Shown: positions 9,348 through 19,916, numbered from the stretch's first letter. The stretch is 64,000 nucleotides of DNA from Candidatus Thorarchaeota archaeon (GCA_038893995.1 JAWAQK010000001.1:32001-96000), one strand, 5' to 3'. Numbers and translations: made by a program. The notes: generated by a model from the letters alone, not told the origin.

Positions 9348-10922
9348 CTAACCATAGATCCTCGAGTACTTGTCCCTGACATATGAAAGGAATGGCTCTG
9401 CGGAGACATCCTCCCCAGTGACCCGTTTCACCAGATCAGCTGGGCACCACATGTTCGACTTGACAAGCACCTCTCTGCCAATCCATCTTGTGACGTACAG
9501 TATGTCGCCCTCACTGATTCTCTCGAAGCAATCAGGAATTTCAGACCTCATCTTCTTGAGCCACATTCCAGCATAGACGTTTCCCAGAGCATAGGTCGGG
9601 AAGTACCCGAAGTATCCACTAGACCAATGGACATCCTGGAGAACGCCATCCTTGTCATCCCGGACCTCGACCCCGAGGTAGTCCTCATACTTCTCGTTCC
9701 AGACCTGTGGCAGCTCATCGATCTGGATCTTTCCCTCGAAGAGGTCTCTCTCTATCTCAAACCGGATTATGACATGGATGGAGTAAGTCACCTCGTCAGC
9801 ACTGACGCGGATCTTCGACGGCGTCACCCGGTTGATGCATCGGGTCACATCTTCAGGGGTGATGTTAGAGAATACGCCGCCAGACAACTCATTTGCCCTG
9901 GGCAAGTAGTGTTCCCAGAACTCTGGCGATCTGCCTATCATGTTCTCGTAGAACCGAGATATGGACTCATGTATACCCATGCCGGCGGCGGTTCCCACTG
10001 GCTGATACTTCCACTCAGGAGCTAGGCTGAGTTCATATATTGCATGGCCGGCCTCATGCATTGCTGTCAACAGAGTACCCATAGGGTCGTCATCTGTGTA
10101 CCTCAGTGTGATGCGAACATCATCGTAGTATCCTGTCGTAAACGGATGAACTGTTTCGTCGATGCGACCGCCGGCGTTCTCAGATCGAGTGTCGTACCCC
10201 ATCAGGTTGACGACATCCTCGGCGATGGCCCTCTGGCGATCTTTGGTCAGATGTCTGCGTATCTTGCTCATGTCAATGTCAGCCGCAATCTGGGAGTACT
10301 TTCGGATCAGTGGTATCAGCCCAGACCTCAGTTCTGAGAAGACCCTAGAGATCTCTGTCGAGCTCATCAGGGGTTCGAAGTCGTCGATTGATGAGTCATA
10401 GGGTCGTTTCACACCCTTGACATCCTGGAGCATCTCGCTACGCCTATAGACGAGACTGAACAGTTTAGAAAGCTCGGGCGCAAACGTATTCCAGTCGTTC
10501 TGATTGCGTGCCTTGCGCCACACATCCTGGGCGATTGCGACCTGCCTATTGATCTCTGCAACAAGATCCTCTGGTAGGCATGCGGCCTCATCATGCGACT
10601 TCCGAAGGAGGTACAGATTCCTCTTCTTCACGTCGTCGCTACCATTGCGGATCTCACTTTCAGCTCGCTTGATGAGGTCACCATACTCCTTGCTGGTCTG
10701 GAGTCGATGTGTCAGCATACCAACCAATGCAAACTGCTCACCGCGAAGGGCGACTCCACGAGGAGGAAGGTAGGTCTGCATGTCCCACTGTAGGAGGGAA
10801 CCTATAGACCCGAGCAACGAGATCTCCTTGGCCCTGCTCATTAGCTCATCGTAGGCGCTTGGCACATCTTTCACTTCCCGCGGAACACGCGTCTTTGCAG
10901 TTGTCATCGCGACGTCTACCAC
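9348..10922 (-). CDS. Carboxypeptidase Taq (peptidase M32)
   Basis: HPFT, HEAGH, GIHESISRF, IRVSADEVTY, GVLQDVHW, GYFPTYALG. Confidence 0.95.
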   Translation of the reverse strand: MVDVAMTTAKTRVPREVKDVPSAYDELMSRAKEISLLGSIGSLLQWDMQTYLPPRGVALRGEQFALVGMLTHRLQTSKEYGDLIKRAESEIRNGSDDVKKRNLYLLRKSHDEAACLPEDLVAEINRQVAIAQDVWRKARNQNDWNTFAPELSKLFSLVYRRSEMLQDVKGVKRPYDSSIDDFEPLMSSTEISRVFSELRSGLIPLIRKYSQIAADIDMSKIRRHLTKDRQRAIAEDVVNLMGYDTRSENAGGRIDETVHPFTTGYYDDVRITLRYTDDDPMGTLLTAMHEAGHAIYELSLAPEWKYQPVGTAAGMGIHESISRFYENMIGRSPEFWEHYLPRANELSGGVFSNITPEDVTRCINRVTPSKIRVSADEVTYSIHVIIRFEIERDLFEGKIQIDELPQVWNEKYEDYLGVEVRDDKDGVLQDVHWSSGYFGYFPTYALGNVYAGMWLKKMRSEIPDCFERISEGDILYVTRWIGREVLVKSNMWCPADLVKRVTGEDVSAEPFLSYVRDKYSRIYG

Positions 10923-11077
10923 TGCCTTATCAACAGTCCGGTGTGGTGATGTCCAGAAGGTATGAGCTGGCAGGGTCTGCCGACGAGAGCGTCAATCATA
11001 TGCAGAGTGCCCGCGATGAGCAGAGATAGGGGTTCTGGAAACAAACCATGACGCCTCGTCACGCCGATCGATTGATG

Positions 11078-11959
11078 TTAGACCTCGATACCGAACAGAG
11101 CCCTGACAAGTAGGCCGATCAGAAAGGTCAGACCTGCAACACCAAGACTGATTGCGGATGCCTCGAGAAACCTTTTCCTGAATGGTAGATCCTTGGCGAC
11201 AGAGATGTAGAAGGTAAACACGAGCAATAGCGTCAATGCACCGACGATCGAGGCCACGAGAGACAAGAACACGTTTTCCAGAATCAGGAAGGGTAGTATC
11301 AGGACTGTGACTGCCAAGACGTAGGCGAGTGTCGTATATGCTGAGGCCCTTGTCGGGCTCCTGTCCGCTGCCTCAGACTTCGTTGAGAGATACTCTGAGG
11401 ATCCCATAGACAGAGACGCCGCAATCCCAGTAATGAGACCCACCATGCCAACGAGACGCGATACCTGCAATGCAAACGCGAGACCTGCAAGAGCACCCGT
11501 GAGCTCGACGATCGCATCGTTCAGACCCAAGACCATTGAGCTGACATACTTTAGCTTCTCCTCGTTAACCAACGAGAGCAGCTCGCGCTCGTGCTCAGAC
11601 TCCTGACGAGCAATGTCTCTTGCAAATGGTACCTTCTCGGATATCTTCTCGTAGATCTCAGATGCCCTCTTCTCACCCCGCTCCATAAGCTTGAGACCGA
11701 AAGTGAGACCAAAGAGTCTGATGGTCAGTAGGATCTTCCACACTCTCATCCAGCTTGGTCTTGGCTCAAGACCACTGAGTTCCTTCCAGAACTCATAGTG
11801 TGCCAACTCCTCATCGGACAGACGCTGGAGGACTTCCCTGTTCGCCGCATCCTTGGTCGAAGATGCCAGTCTACGGTAGACGATGTGTTCAGTGAGTTCA
11901 TTCTTCTGGTATTCAGCGATCAACGGTAGCAAGTCTCGGATCAGGGGCTCTGGCATCAT
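11078..11959 (-). CDS. Ferritin/rubrerythrin-like domain fused to VIT1/CCC1 metal transporter
   Basis: ExxH pairs (EELAH, ESEH), VLGLNDAIVE, SLSMGSSEYLS, TM helices; likely start 11959. Confidence 0.88.
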   Translation of the reverse strand: MMPEPLIRDLLPLIAEYQKNELTEHIVYRRLASSTKDAANREVLQRLSDEELAHYEFWKELSGLEPRPSWMRVWKILLTIRLFGLTFGLKLMERGEKRASEIYEKISEKVPFARDIARQESEHERELLSLVNEEKLKYVSSMVLGLNDAIVELTGALAGLAFALQVSRLVGMVGLITGIAASLSMGSSEYLSTKSEAADRSPTRASAYTTLAYVLAVTVLILPFLILENVFLSLVASIVGALTLLLVFTFYISVAKDLPFRKRFLEASAISLGVAGLTFLIGLLVRALFGIEV

Positions 11960-12233
11960 GACACCGTTGACAAGAATTCGATTTATCTGTGACGATACCC
12001 CCTTCGCCACAGCATCCATCTCCCTGCCAAACACGACCTGGGAACATCTCTGCAGGATGCTGCTCTTCTTCAGTCTAGGAGGTCAAGATCGCCGTCGCAA
12101 GGCCCTGCTCATTTACTGCCTGATGGTGAGATCAAAGCATTGACTTGAGGTACAGAGTAGTTGAGGGACCTAGATAGTGTCGGCAAGATGGTGACTGGAA
12201 CGCCAGTGGCGACAGATTTAGGAGGGCTACACC

Positions 12234-13289
12234 TTGTTTGCCTCGACTGTGACAGGACTGACAACGTTGCTAGACAAGATGATCGCTCAGTCTAGGATGA
12301 GAGTCGCTCAAGACCGACAAGACGAGCTCGCGAAAGAACTCATGCGGAATGCCGCTCAGGGACAGTCGCCGCAATGGCTACTGATCTCGTCTATAGGACG
12401 GGCGGCTCAAGACCTGGACATGTGGAACGTGAAGAGAGGAGAGATGTTCTGTGCAACGCGTATCCCAGGAACGCCAGTCCTCACTCCATCAGACGCTCTG
12501 GTCCTGTACGGCGGTCCAGTCGAGTACTTCCATCACTTCCCAGACCGAGTTGGAGCCGTGATGACGTTCGAGATGGACGAGAGCAAGGCGATAGTGGACG
12601 AATCGGTCAGGAATATCACCAATGGCGGTCTGCATGACTGCAGCGTGGTGGCTCTTGAGGTCGACTATGAGTCCGCGACAGTAGAACCAATTGCGTTCAA
12701 TCTTCACGAGCCACGAGAGTTCCCGGGCAGGTTCGTCAGCTATGTCAAGACACCTTCACCTGTGGACGCGAGAGTCCTCGTAGTCATGTGCTCAGACTCA
12801 CGCATCTGTCCTCCCGAGACCCCCGACGGGGTTCCCATGGTCATTCGCACTCTCGGAGGCTATCTCCCGCCATATGCAGATGGAAGCAACGAGACAACCC
12901 TCCTCAATAGATACTTGAGAGTGTGGCTAACGGGCGGACCTGCAGACAAACACATCGTGATAGTTGCTCATGGCGACTTTGGAGGGGGAGGTCAGCCATG
13001 TGGAGCGGCAAGGGCCGCACTCGATCCGTGCGGGGTGCATGGAGAGTGCCTCAGAGCAGTCATCCAGACCATTAGGAATGATACAATGAGATACGAGAGG
13101 ACCGCCATCGTCGATCCGGAGTCCTCTGCAAGATCAATTGCTGAGACCACGAGAAGAAACATCATGTCCTACCCTGCCGTGGCCGAGTCTATCAGAGCAG
13201 GGACCGAGTCTGATGAACTTGTAGGAGTCCTTCTCATGGACACCGTGACAAACGAGCTGTTCCATGCGGATTTGTCAGACTTTGACTGA
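12234..13289 (+). CDS. Atypical tandem beta-carbonic-anhydrase-fold protein
   Basis: C-terminal half has MCSDSR and H-x9-CGA; N-terminal half GQSPQWLLISS resembles a degenerate beta-CA. Confidence 0.6.
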   Translation: MFASTVTGLTTLLDKMIAQSRMRVAQDRQDELAKELMRNAAQGQSPQWLLISSIGRAAQDLDMWNVKRGEMFCATRIPGTPVLTPSDALVLYGGPVEYFHHFPDRVGAVMTFEMDESKAIVDESVRNITNGGLHDCSVVALEVDYESATVEPIAFNLHEPREFPGRFVSYVKTPSPVDARVLVVMCSDSRICPPETPDGVPMVIRTLGGYLPPYADGSNETTLLNRYLRVWLTGGPADKHIVIVAHGDFGGGGQPCGAARAALDPCGVHGECLRAVIQTIRNDTMRYERTAIVDPESSARSIAETTRRNIMSYPAVAESIRAGTESDELVGVLLMDTVTNELFHADLSDFD

Positions 13290-13439
13290 GTCAGTCCAGT
13301 CCGGAGAGATCTCATACCGTGGGGCCCAGAGAGACAGGGTCGATCAGCGGTGCCAAGACGCGCAATGTATTTCTGGTCACGCTGCTCTCTCAAGAGAGAC
13401 TTACAATCGATGGCCACACGGGTGGGGGCGCCAGTAGAC

Positions 13440-13829
13440 ATGAGCGTGAAGGAGCCGGAACATCGTTGCGACTGGTGTGGGGCAGAGGTTTCACAGTTTC
13501 GCTATAAGAACGGCAGGAAGGTCTACTGCTCAGGGAAATGCTGGTCAGCAGGAATGTACCCGCTTTTCTTGCCCCTCTTCGTCTTCCTTGTTTCGTTTGA
13601 TGTGCTGATCATGTTGTTCCCAAGTCAGGTAGTGTACATGTTTCTACGATATCAAGGATACAACGGTCCGTTGCCAAGTGAGCTCAATCTGGCACTCTTC
13701 ACTGTGATTGCGCAGATCTCATTACTCGTACTGATGACGCTGTGGACTGGGAACGAGGTATGGATAGGTCGGAAGGTCCGTCGTGAAGTTAGGCAACATA
13801 CAGACAACTTGACGTCACATCAAATATAG
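13440..13829 (+). CDS. Small membrane protein with N-terminal TRASH/FCS-like Zn finger
   Basis: CDWCG...YCSGKC followed by two hydrophobic helices. Confidence 0.6.
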   Translation: MSVKEPEHRCDWCGAEVSQFRYKNGRKVYCSGKCWSAGMYPLFLPLFVFLVSFDVLIMLFPSQVVYMFLRYQGYNGPLPSELNLALFTVIAQISLLVLMTLWTGNEVWIGRKVRREVRQHTDNLTSHQI

Positions 13830-13905
13830 CATCATTCAGAACTCCGCGATGCGAGGGACAGACATTCCAGCAGATTGTATGATACGCCCGACCTCGCAGA
13901 CCTTG

Positions 13906-14964
13906 TCAGGACCTGGGAAGCAAGCGCCGTTTAAGTTCAGACTTCACGAACTCCTCACGGACAGTGTTATCTGCACCCATCACAAACCGACGCAGCTCTT
14001 CGACCATCGATGATAGACCGTCTGCTGCGCTGATATAGGTGCTCAGGACGGATGATCCATCACGGAGATGTGCTGCGATTGCGAGCGCTGCCATCTCGCC
14101 ACTCTCTATGGCAGGACGGATGCCCTCACCCGAGAGGGGATTGCATAGCCCTGCAGCGTCTCCGACCAGTAGCACATTCTCGGTACCGTAGATTGTGGGA
14201 CCGATGGGAATGGACCATCTCTCATTGTTGAGCCTCTCCCGGCAGATCAGCAGACCCTCTCTCTCCAGCCACTCTCTTAGCATACGGAGGGAGGCTGTGA
14301 TGTTCATTCTGGATCCTGAGAGAACGCCGGTCCCAACGATGACCTTTCCATCTTTAGGAATGAGATACGAACAGGCAGGCGAGATGTGTCTGTCAAATAG
14401 GACATAGAAGTCGCTCTCATAGTTCCCATCGCCATGCCATGTTTCCTGACCGACAATCATCAGGTTGAACTGACATTGTGGGAACAGAACACGTCTGACA
14501 GAGGACCGTGCCCCATCTGCCCCGACGACGAAACGTGTGCGAAACAAGCAGGGATGACCCTCCACTTCACAGGCGACCAAGATGTCATCGGTCTGCTCAA
14601 GTGAGATGAATCTGGTCGAGAACATCACACTCACACCCTCGTCACGGGCCAGGTCGATCAACCACTTGTCGAATGCGTCACGGTCGATATTATGGACCTC
14701 GTACCCATGCATCCTTCCGCCATTTGTCAGACCACTGGGCGGAACATAGGTCAGACCAAGCTGTGGGGGGTACGCACTTACCTCGGGAGGAATGTCTCGG
14801 CCCAAGATCTGTTCGATTATGTCAGGGGCTACCAGAGGAAGTACACCGCCGCAGGGCTTGTGTCTTCCCCGCTCCCCTTTCTCCATCAGGAGTACGTTGA
14901 AACCCTGCCGGGCGCAACACACAGCTGCTGATACACCGCCGGGCCCCCCACCCACTACTATCAC
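13906..14964 (-). CDS. Geranylgeranyl-reductase-family flavoprotein (LipT-like by context)
   Basis: VVGGGPGG, KPCGG, IDRDAFD, VGADG, VGDAAGLCNPLSGEGI; last gene of the lipS operon; true start probably ~14982. Confidence 0.8.
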   Translation of the reverse strand: MIVVGGGPGGVSAAVCCARQGFNVLLMEKGERGRHKPCGGVLPLVAPDIIEQILGRDIPPEVSAYPPQLGLTYVPPSGLTNGGRMHGYEVHNIDRDAFDKWLIDLARDEGVSVMFSTRFISLEQTDDILVACEVEGHPCLFRTRFVVGADGARSSVRRVLFPQCQFNLMIVGQETWHGDGNYESDFYVLFDRHISPACSYLIPKDGKVIVGTGVLSGSRMNITASLRMLREWLEREGLLICRERLNNERWSIPIGPTIYGTENVLLVGDAAGLCNPLSGEGIRPAIESGEMAALAIAAHLRDGSSVLSTYISAADGLSSMVEELRRFVMGADNTVREEFVKSELKRRLLPRS

Positions 14965-14983
14965 ATCGTAGGTAGTCGACAGC

Positions 14984-16576
14984 TCAGCGTCCCCCCATTA
15001 GACCCATCGCAGCAAGCCTCAACAGTACTTGCTCAAGCAGCTCAGTCTTAAGGGTAGTCTGGCTCTCGAAGACACCTATGTAGGCCTCTCGTTCCTTGCC
15101 AAGGTCATAACAGGTAGAATCATCAATGTCGATCAGTATGGCCGGGACTCCTGTGGCGACAAAGTCATCATGGTGTTTGCAGAAGAATCCCTCACAACAG
15201 GACCCCACAAACCCCCTTGCGCCCCTTGCCTTGAACTCGTCAATGGTCGCGATCAGATGCTCGAAGTTCTGAATGGTACGATAGGGCACCCCGATCTTCT
15301 CTATGGTTTCTATCACAGTGCCTACAGTGCAGCCTCCACAGACTGAGCAGCCCTCTTTGCGTCGGTACTCGCACTCGACCAGCTTGGCACAGTAGGGTAG
15401 CAGTACGTAGTCAAACCTCTGCCGACCCAGATGCTCGGGGGAGAAGTTGACGTACATGAGATGGTTGGTCTCATCGAGCGACAGCCCTAGTTGAGTGAAT
15501 GCCTGCTTTCGAATGGCCTCAACTATGACGTCTGCCAACTCTTGTGGCTGAATGCCGACCATCACCGCGCCCGACTCTGCAAAGAATGACTCGACCTCGT
15601 GGCGTATTGTAGACTCGTCAGTGGAGATGTTCTTTAGTCTCGCCTCGAGGTCCATCATGGCCCTCTGAGGAAACACCTGAAAATCACCAGTCAGCAGGCT
15701 ACTCACGATGAAACGACCTGCACTGTCTATAGAGAGAGAGGCTCTCACGAGCCCGCCGGGAGTCTTCCTGACCGCATTTACGTGTCCAGTGGACTCTGGT
15801 CTTCGACGCTCTAAGAAGATCCACTCATCAGACTGGAAGAAGGGCAGGCTCCTCTCATATGTCCGGATCTCTTCTTCAAGCAGGCCACCAGGAACCAGTC
15901 TGATTCCAAGGACGCTCTCGAAGCCCTCTGCGACTGTACTCTTGATCTCAGCCAATGACGGAGTGTATCCAAGTTCTCGTGACAACCAAGTGACACGGTC
16001 TCTCACACTCTCGATCTCCTTGTCCTTCAACTTCTCCATGGGAATCCTCAGTGACTTGAGCATCAGCTCAAGGTCGAAATCTATTAGTAGAGTTCCCTGA
16101 TACATGAAGGACCCGCCTCTCTCGGTCCCTCCGGTCCCCGATATCTTCCGCCCACCTACCTCGATGTCGTTCCTGGGCCTGAATTCTGCACTGACACCGA
16201 GTTTCTTGAGCGCAATTACGACTGCGGAGCAGAGGGTCCGCGCAAGCCAATCGAGGTCCCGGCCCATCTCTGCAATGCCTGGTGTCCTCTTGTCAGCATA
16301 GATCTCCCAGCCAAGACACTTTGGAGTGAACAGTATTGCACCGCCACCAGTTATGCGTCGATTGATGTCGACGCCGGTCCTGCGGCAATAGTCGATCCGG
16401 ATCTCTTGTTCGACAGACTGGTGATAGCCTACAAGGGCAACAGGGGGATTGAACTGTAGGAAGCGTAGTGTATTTGGAGATATGCCGAGACTATGACACT
16501 CCAAAAGAGTGTCGTCCATAGCCATGTTCTGTGCGCCGGTAAGCACACCTGTGTCAAGAAGCCTCCACTCCTTCAT
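14984..16576 (-). CDS. Lipoate:protein ligase Lpl(AB) fused to a Cys-rich DUF116-like domain
   Basis: NMAMDDTL, RRITGGGAI, NDIEVGGRKISG, KTPGG small domain; C-terminal LPYCAK..C..CxxCxxC..GSCC. Confidence 0.88.
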   Translation of the reverse strand: MKEWRLLDTGVLTGAQNMAMDDTLLECHSLGISPNTLRFLQFNPPVALVGYHQSVEQEIRIDYCRRTGVDINRRITGGGAILFTPKCLGWEIYADKRTPGIAEMGRDLDWLARTLCSAVVIALKKLGVSAEFRPRNDIEVGGRKISGTGGTERGGSFMYQGTLLIDFDLELMLKSLRIPMEKLKDKEIESVRDRVTWLSRELGYTPSLAEIKSTVAEGFESVLGIRLVPGGLLEEEIRTYERSLPFFQSDEWIFLERRRPESTGHVNAVRKTPGGLVRASLSIDSAGRFIVSSLLTGDFQVFPQRAMMDLEARLKNISTDESTIRHEVESFFAESGAVMVGIQPQELADVIVEAIRKQAFTQLGLSLDETNHLMYVNFSPEHLGRQRFDYVLLPYCAKLVECEYRRKEGCSVCGGCTVGTVIETIEKIGVPYRTIQNFEHLIATIDEFKARGARGFVGSCCEGFFCKHHDDFVATGVPAILIDIDDSTCYDLGKEREAYIGVFESQTTLKTELLEQVLLRLAAMGLMGGR

Positions 16577-16577
16577 C

Positions 16578-17600
16578 TCACTGAGCCTCAACAACTGCTG
16601 TGAACAGCGAACAACACTCATCAGACAAGACCACGCGGAGACCTCTCTTTCTCGCATAGTCAAATGCCTCTGGTGTGGGATATGCGATGGCACTCACCCC
16701 CGCATCTATCGCCAGACGATCAGTGAGGACACGGTGTTCTCCCAGTGGTCTTGCACAGCCGAGGATGATAGCCCGTTCGGGCATCGCGAACCTAGATGCT
16801 AGCAAGACCCGTGCTATGTCAATGGGCTCCGGCGGACGCACACCGGTCATCGGAGTCTCATCGAGGGGCATGAATGCTACCACGACTACGGACTTGGTCT
16901 TGTGCCTCGAGATCAGTCTGATTGCGTTGCCCTCGCCCCTGAGACGGCCAAAATAAAGACCGACAACAACGTGCGGTACGATCTCAACACCATTCTCCTC
17001 CAGTAGATCCATTGATCGGTCAAGGGACTCTGGGCCCATATCAAGGTGATATATGTCATGAAGGGTCTCACGGTCGCCGATTATGTCAATCATGGCACCA
17101 TCAACCCCTGCATCAGCCAGTCCCCTGGCGACGTCGGGATACACAATTCCGGTGTGTACCACCAGGTGGAGACCGAGTTCCCTCTTCACTCTCTTCATGA
17201 CCTGCGTGTATCGTGATATGGGAGTGTTGCCAAGCCGCGTAGATCCCCCGCTGACCAGTATTCCCTTGCCACCTCTCCTGACGACTTCCAAGCATATCTC
17301 CCACAGCTGCTCCGGCGTCCTGGCAGGGAGCATACTCTCAAGGAGCTTGCCCCTGCAGTGCTCACAGTTGAGAGAGCACTCCGTACCTGTGACCGAAACG
17401 CTCGGGAATCTGAAGATGTTCGTGCCCGAGTAGAAGTCAGTCTCATAGTGTCGCATGCCTGGCATGTGAAATGATATCACGTCGGAGAACCTCTCCCGTG
17501 TCAGGCTGTAGGCCCGACTGAACAGGTTCTCAAGGACCTCGACCGGAAGGTCCAGGCACTCCTCAACGGACGGAAATGTCTCAGTCAAACTCCGGCTCAT
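16578..17600 (-). CDS. lipS1: Archaeal-type lipoyl synthase subunit LipS1 (radical SAM)
   Basis: CSLNCEHC, GCARP and terminal ECC motifs typical of LipS1; adjacent to the lipoate ligase. Confidence 0.82.
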   Translation of the reverse strand: MSRSLTETFPSVEECLDLPVEVLENLFSRAYSLTRERFSDVISFHMPGMRHYETDFYSGTNIFRFPSVSVTGTECSLNCEHCRGKLLESMLPARTPEQLWEICLEVVRRGGKGILVSGGSTRLGNTPISRYTQVMKRVKRELGLHLVVHTGIVYPDVARGLADAGVDGAMIDIIGDRETLHDIYHLDMGPESLDRSMDLLEENGVEIVPHVVVGLYFGRLRGEGNAIRLISRHKTKSVVVVAFMPLDETPMTGVRPPEPIDIARVLLASRFAMPERAIILGCARPLGEHRVLTDRLAIDAGVSAIAYPTPEAFDYARKRGLRVVLSDECCSLFTAVVEAQ

Positions 17601-18699
17601 CCATCCTATACTCTAGCGAATAGTCCCAGATCTGGGTCCGGATCGTATTCAGGTCGTCGTCTGTTGGCGGAAAGGGCAGGTTTCTCCAATGACCTATGGA
17701 GGCCTGGTAGGGTGTGCAGTTACCCATGGGCCGGTTGCATGCATACTTATGGTTCGGACTCGAGCAGCCAGACGTCATGAAGGCCTCGCCTCTCGAGATC
17801 GTCTGGTCCAGCACCTGTGACGGTACCCCGAAATCAATCAGTTGCCCCATTCTGTTGAACTTCATCTGATCGGCCCTCGCAATGCCCTCGTTGATCATGT
17901 AGCGGGCCAGCTGGACTCTCCGATACGCGCCGAGGGGTGGCTGATGGTGTGTTTCCATGATTGACCCCTCCTCAGGAAAGAAAGAGAATAGATGAGTGTC
18001 TGCACCCCTGTCATATGCGCTCTGTATTGTCTCTATCATCTGCTGCTCGGTCTCGCCTAGCCCAACTATGAGATGGACACCCACGTTGTGTCGTCCGAAT
18101 ATCTCTACGGCCTCGTCCAGTGTCTTCCAATATCGCTCCCACTTGTGTGGGCCGCGAACACCGCTTCCACGTAGCCTGTCAAACAGATCAGGCGTAGCGG
18201 CATCAATGGCCACCCCAATCTTGTCCGCACCGATTTCTCTGACCCTTGCCAGCCACGCACGATCGACTATCGTAGGCGTCACCAACACTGAGATGTGGTC
18301 CATCACTTCCCGCAGGCTAGACACGACCGTGAGTGCGTCCTGACGCGCCCTGCCGGTTGTGATCATTGAAACGCAGATTCTCTCCACGTGAGGACATTTC
18401 CTGTCGGCAATTGCAGCCTTCACATCGTCAACGGAGACAATCGGCCAATCGACTCGAATGAAGGTGTTATTGACCCAGTCCGTATTCGTGACTCGAGAAC
18501 CTGAGAGGCCGCAATAGGCACAACGCGCATGACACCCCTCGTCATACGTGAGCAGCAGATTGATGCAGTAGAGCTTTGCATCCCTGTAGAATCGGCCGTT
18601 CGCCTTACCCATTGTCATATAGGCGGCTAGACTCGTGCGGACAAACTCCGGTGACTCGAGGATCCGATCTTCCTGATTGACAACATCACGTACGGACAT
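17581..18699 (-). CDS. lipS2: Archaeal-type lipoyl synthase subunit LipS2 (radical SAM)
   Basis: CHARCAYC, TSGC...CNRP motif typical of LipS2; likely start MSVRD at 18699. Confidence 0.82.
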   Translation of the reverse strand: MSVRDVVNQEDRILESPEFVRTSLAAYMTMGKANGRFYRDAKLYCINLLLTYDEGCHARCAYCGLSGSRVTNTDWVNNTFIRVDWPIVSVDDVKAAIADRKCPHVERICVSMITTGRARQDALTVVSSLREVMDHISVLVTPTIVDRAWLARVREIGADKIGVAIDAATPDLFDRLRGSGVRGPHKWERYWKTLDEAVEIFGRHNVGVHLIVGLGETEQQMIETIQSAYDRGADTHLFSFFPEEGSIMETHHQPPLGAYRRVQLARYMINEGIARADQMKFNRMGQLIDFGVPSQVLDQTISRGEAFMTSGCSSPNHKYACNRPMGNCTPYQASIGHWRNLPFPPTDDDLNTIRTQIWDYSLEYRMDEPEFD

Positions 18700-18924
18700 C
18701 TTGGGGGTCACCGACAACGTAGAGAGCCACCTTTGCGCTCTTATTACAGTTTCCATAGGAATATTGCAGGGGGCATGAATGACTGCGCCTCTGCGATTGC
18801 ACCAGGGTCCAGGCTGAGTGAGCACTACTCTTAAGTCTGCAGAGACAGACCGCATCTTGATCGAGACATCCGACCGCAGACAATTGCCAACCCGTATCGA
18901 GATGTCTTTCCCATCACTGGGCAG

Positions 18925-19848
18925 GTGATGAAGACTAGCATGGAGAGGATAGCGTTTAGGCGGAGTCAGTTGCTCACCATTGTACTCATCTGCATTGCAG
19001 CTGTAGTGGGCACTTGGGCATACCTGACAGGGGCCGCTCTTCCCGATGATACGCCACCACTGACTCCATGGAGTGTGTTGATCCTGATAGCAGTTGGTAC
19101 GATGGCAGGTATCCTCGGCGGACTGATTGGCACTGGGGGATGTAGTATAATGCTACCAATACTACACTTCTGGTTGGGCTACCCAGCACCGGTGGCCATT
19201 GGGACCACGCTATTTGCAGTCATCTTCACTGCAACTTCCGGCGGTCACGGCCATCTAATACGTGGAAACATTGACAGGAGCGCTGCAATGTGGTTGGGTG
19301 GCTTTGGTCTGATTGGTATCCTGATAGGGTCGTGGCTGTTTACAATTCTTGCTTCACAAGTAGCATTACTGGGACTCATCCTCGGCATGGCGTTCATCCT
19401 GCCAGCTCTGCGGATGATATGGGAGGGGTCAAGACCTGCGGAACAGCCCCAAAAGGTAGGAGAGATGATCCAAGGCTCAAGATACCGAATGGGAGTCTTT
19501 GGAATCATCATCGGTGTCCTGACGGGCATTGTAGGCCTTGGTGGCGGCTATGCACTTGTCCCCGGCCTGATCTACCTCTTCGGTGCCCCTGTGTATCTCA
19601 CAATGGGCACATCTCTGTTGACCATGATACCCCTTGCACTGGTCGGAGGGACCATCAAGCTTGCACAGGGGTTCGTGGCTCTTGTAGCCGCTGTGACAAT
19701 GGGGGCCGGCTCCACTGTGGGTGCCAGGTTCGCTGCGTCTATAATCAGACGCTTCAAGCCAACTCAACTGAAACTGCTCTTTGGCATCTACTTTCTCTAC
19801 GTGTCGCTGAAGTTCATCCTCGGCTACTTTGGAATCATGATATGGTAG
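18925..19848 (+). CDS. TauE/SafE-family sulfur-compound exporter
   Basis: Repeated GLIGTGG / GIVGLGGG motifs, AIGTTL / MGTSL, about 9 TM helices. Confidence 0.9.
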   Translation: MMKTSMERIAFRRSQLLTIVLICIAAVVGTWAYLTGAALPDDTPPLTPWSVLILIAVGTMAGILGGLIGTGGCSIMLPILHFWLGYPAPVAIGTTLFAVIFTATSGGHGHLIRGNIDRSAAMWLGGFGLIGILIGSWLFTILASQVALLGLILGMAFILPALRMIWEGSRPAEQPQKVGEMIQGSRYRMGVFGIIIGVLTGIVGLGGGYALVPGLIYLFGAPVYLTMGTSLLTMIPLALVGGTIKLAQGFVALVAAVTMGAGSTVGARFAASIIRRFKPTQLKLLFGIYFLYVSLKFILGYFGIMIW

Positions 19849-19916
19849 AACACTTCACAGACAGAATGTACTGACTTGATCTGACCAGAGAAGGAGAATG
19901 ATGAATAGTGTATGGG

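Noticed and set aside
13906-14964. Call as lipid DGGGPL reductase
   Set aside because: Family is right, but operon context favours LipT; sequence alone cannot decide, so no gene symbol given
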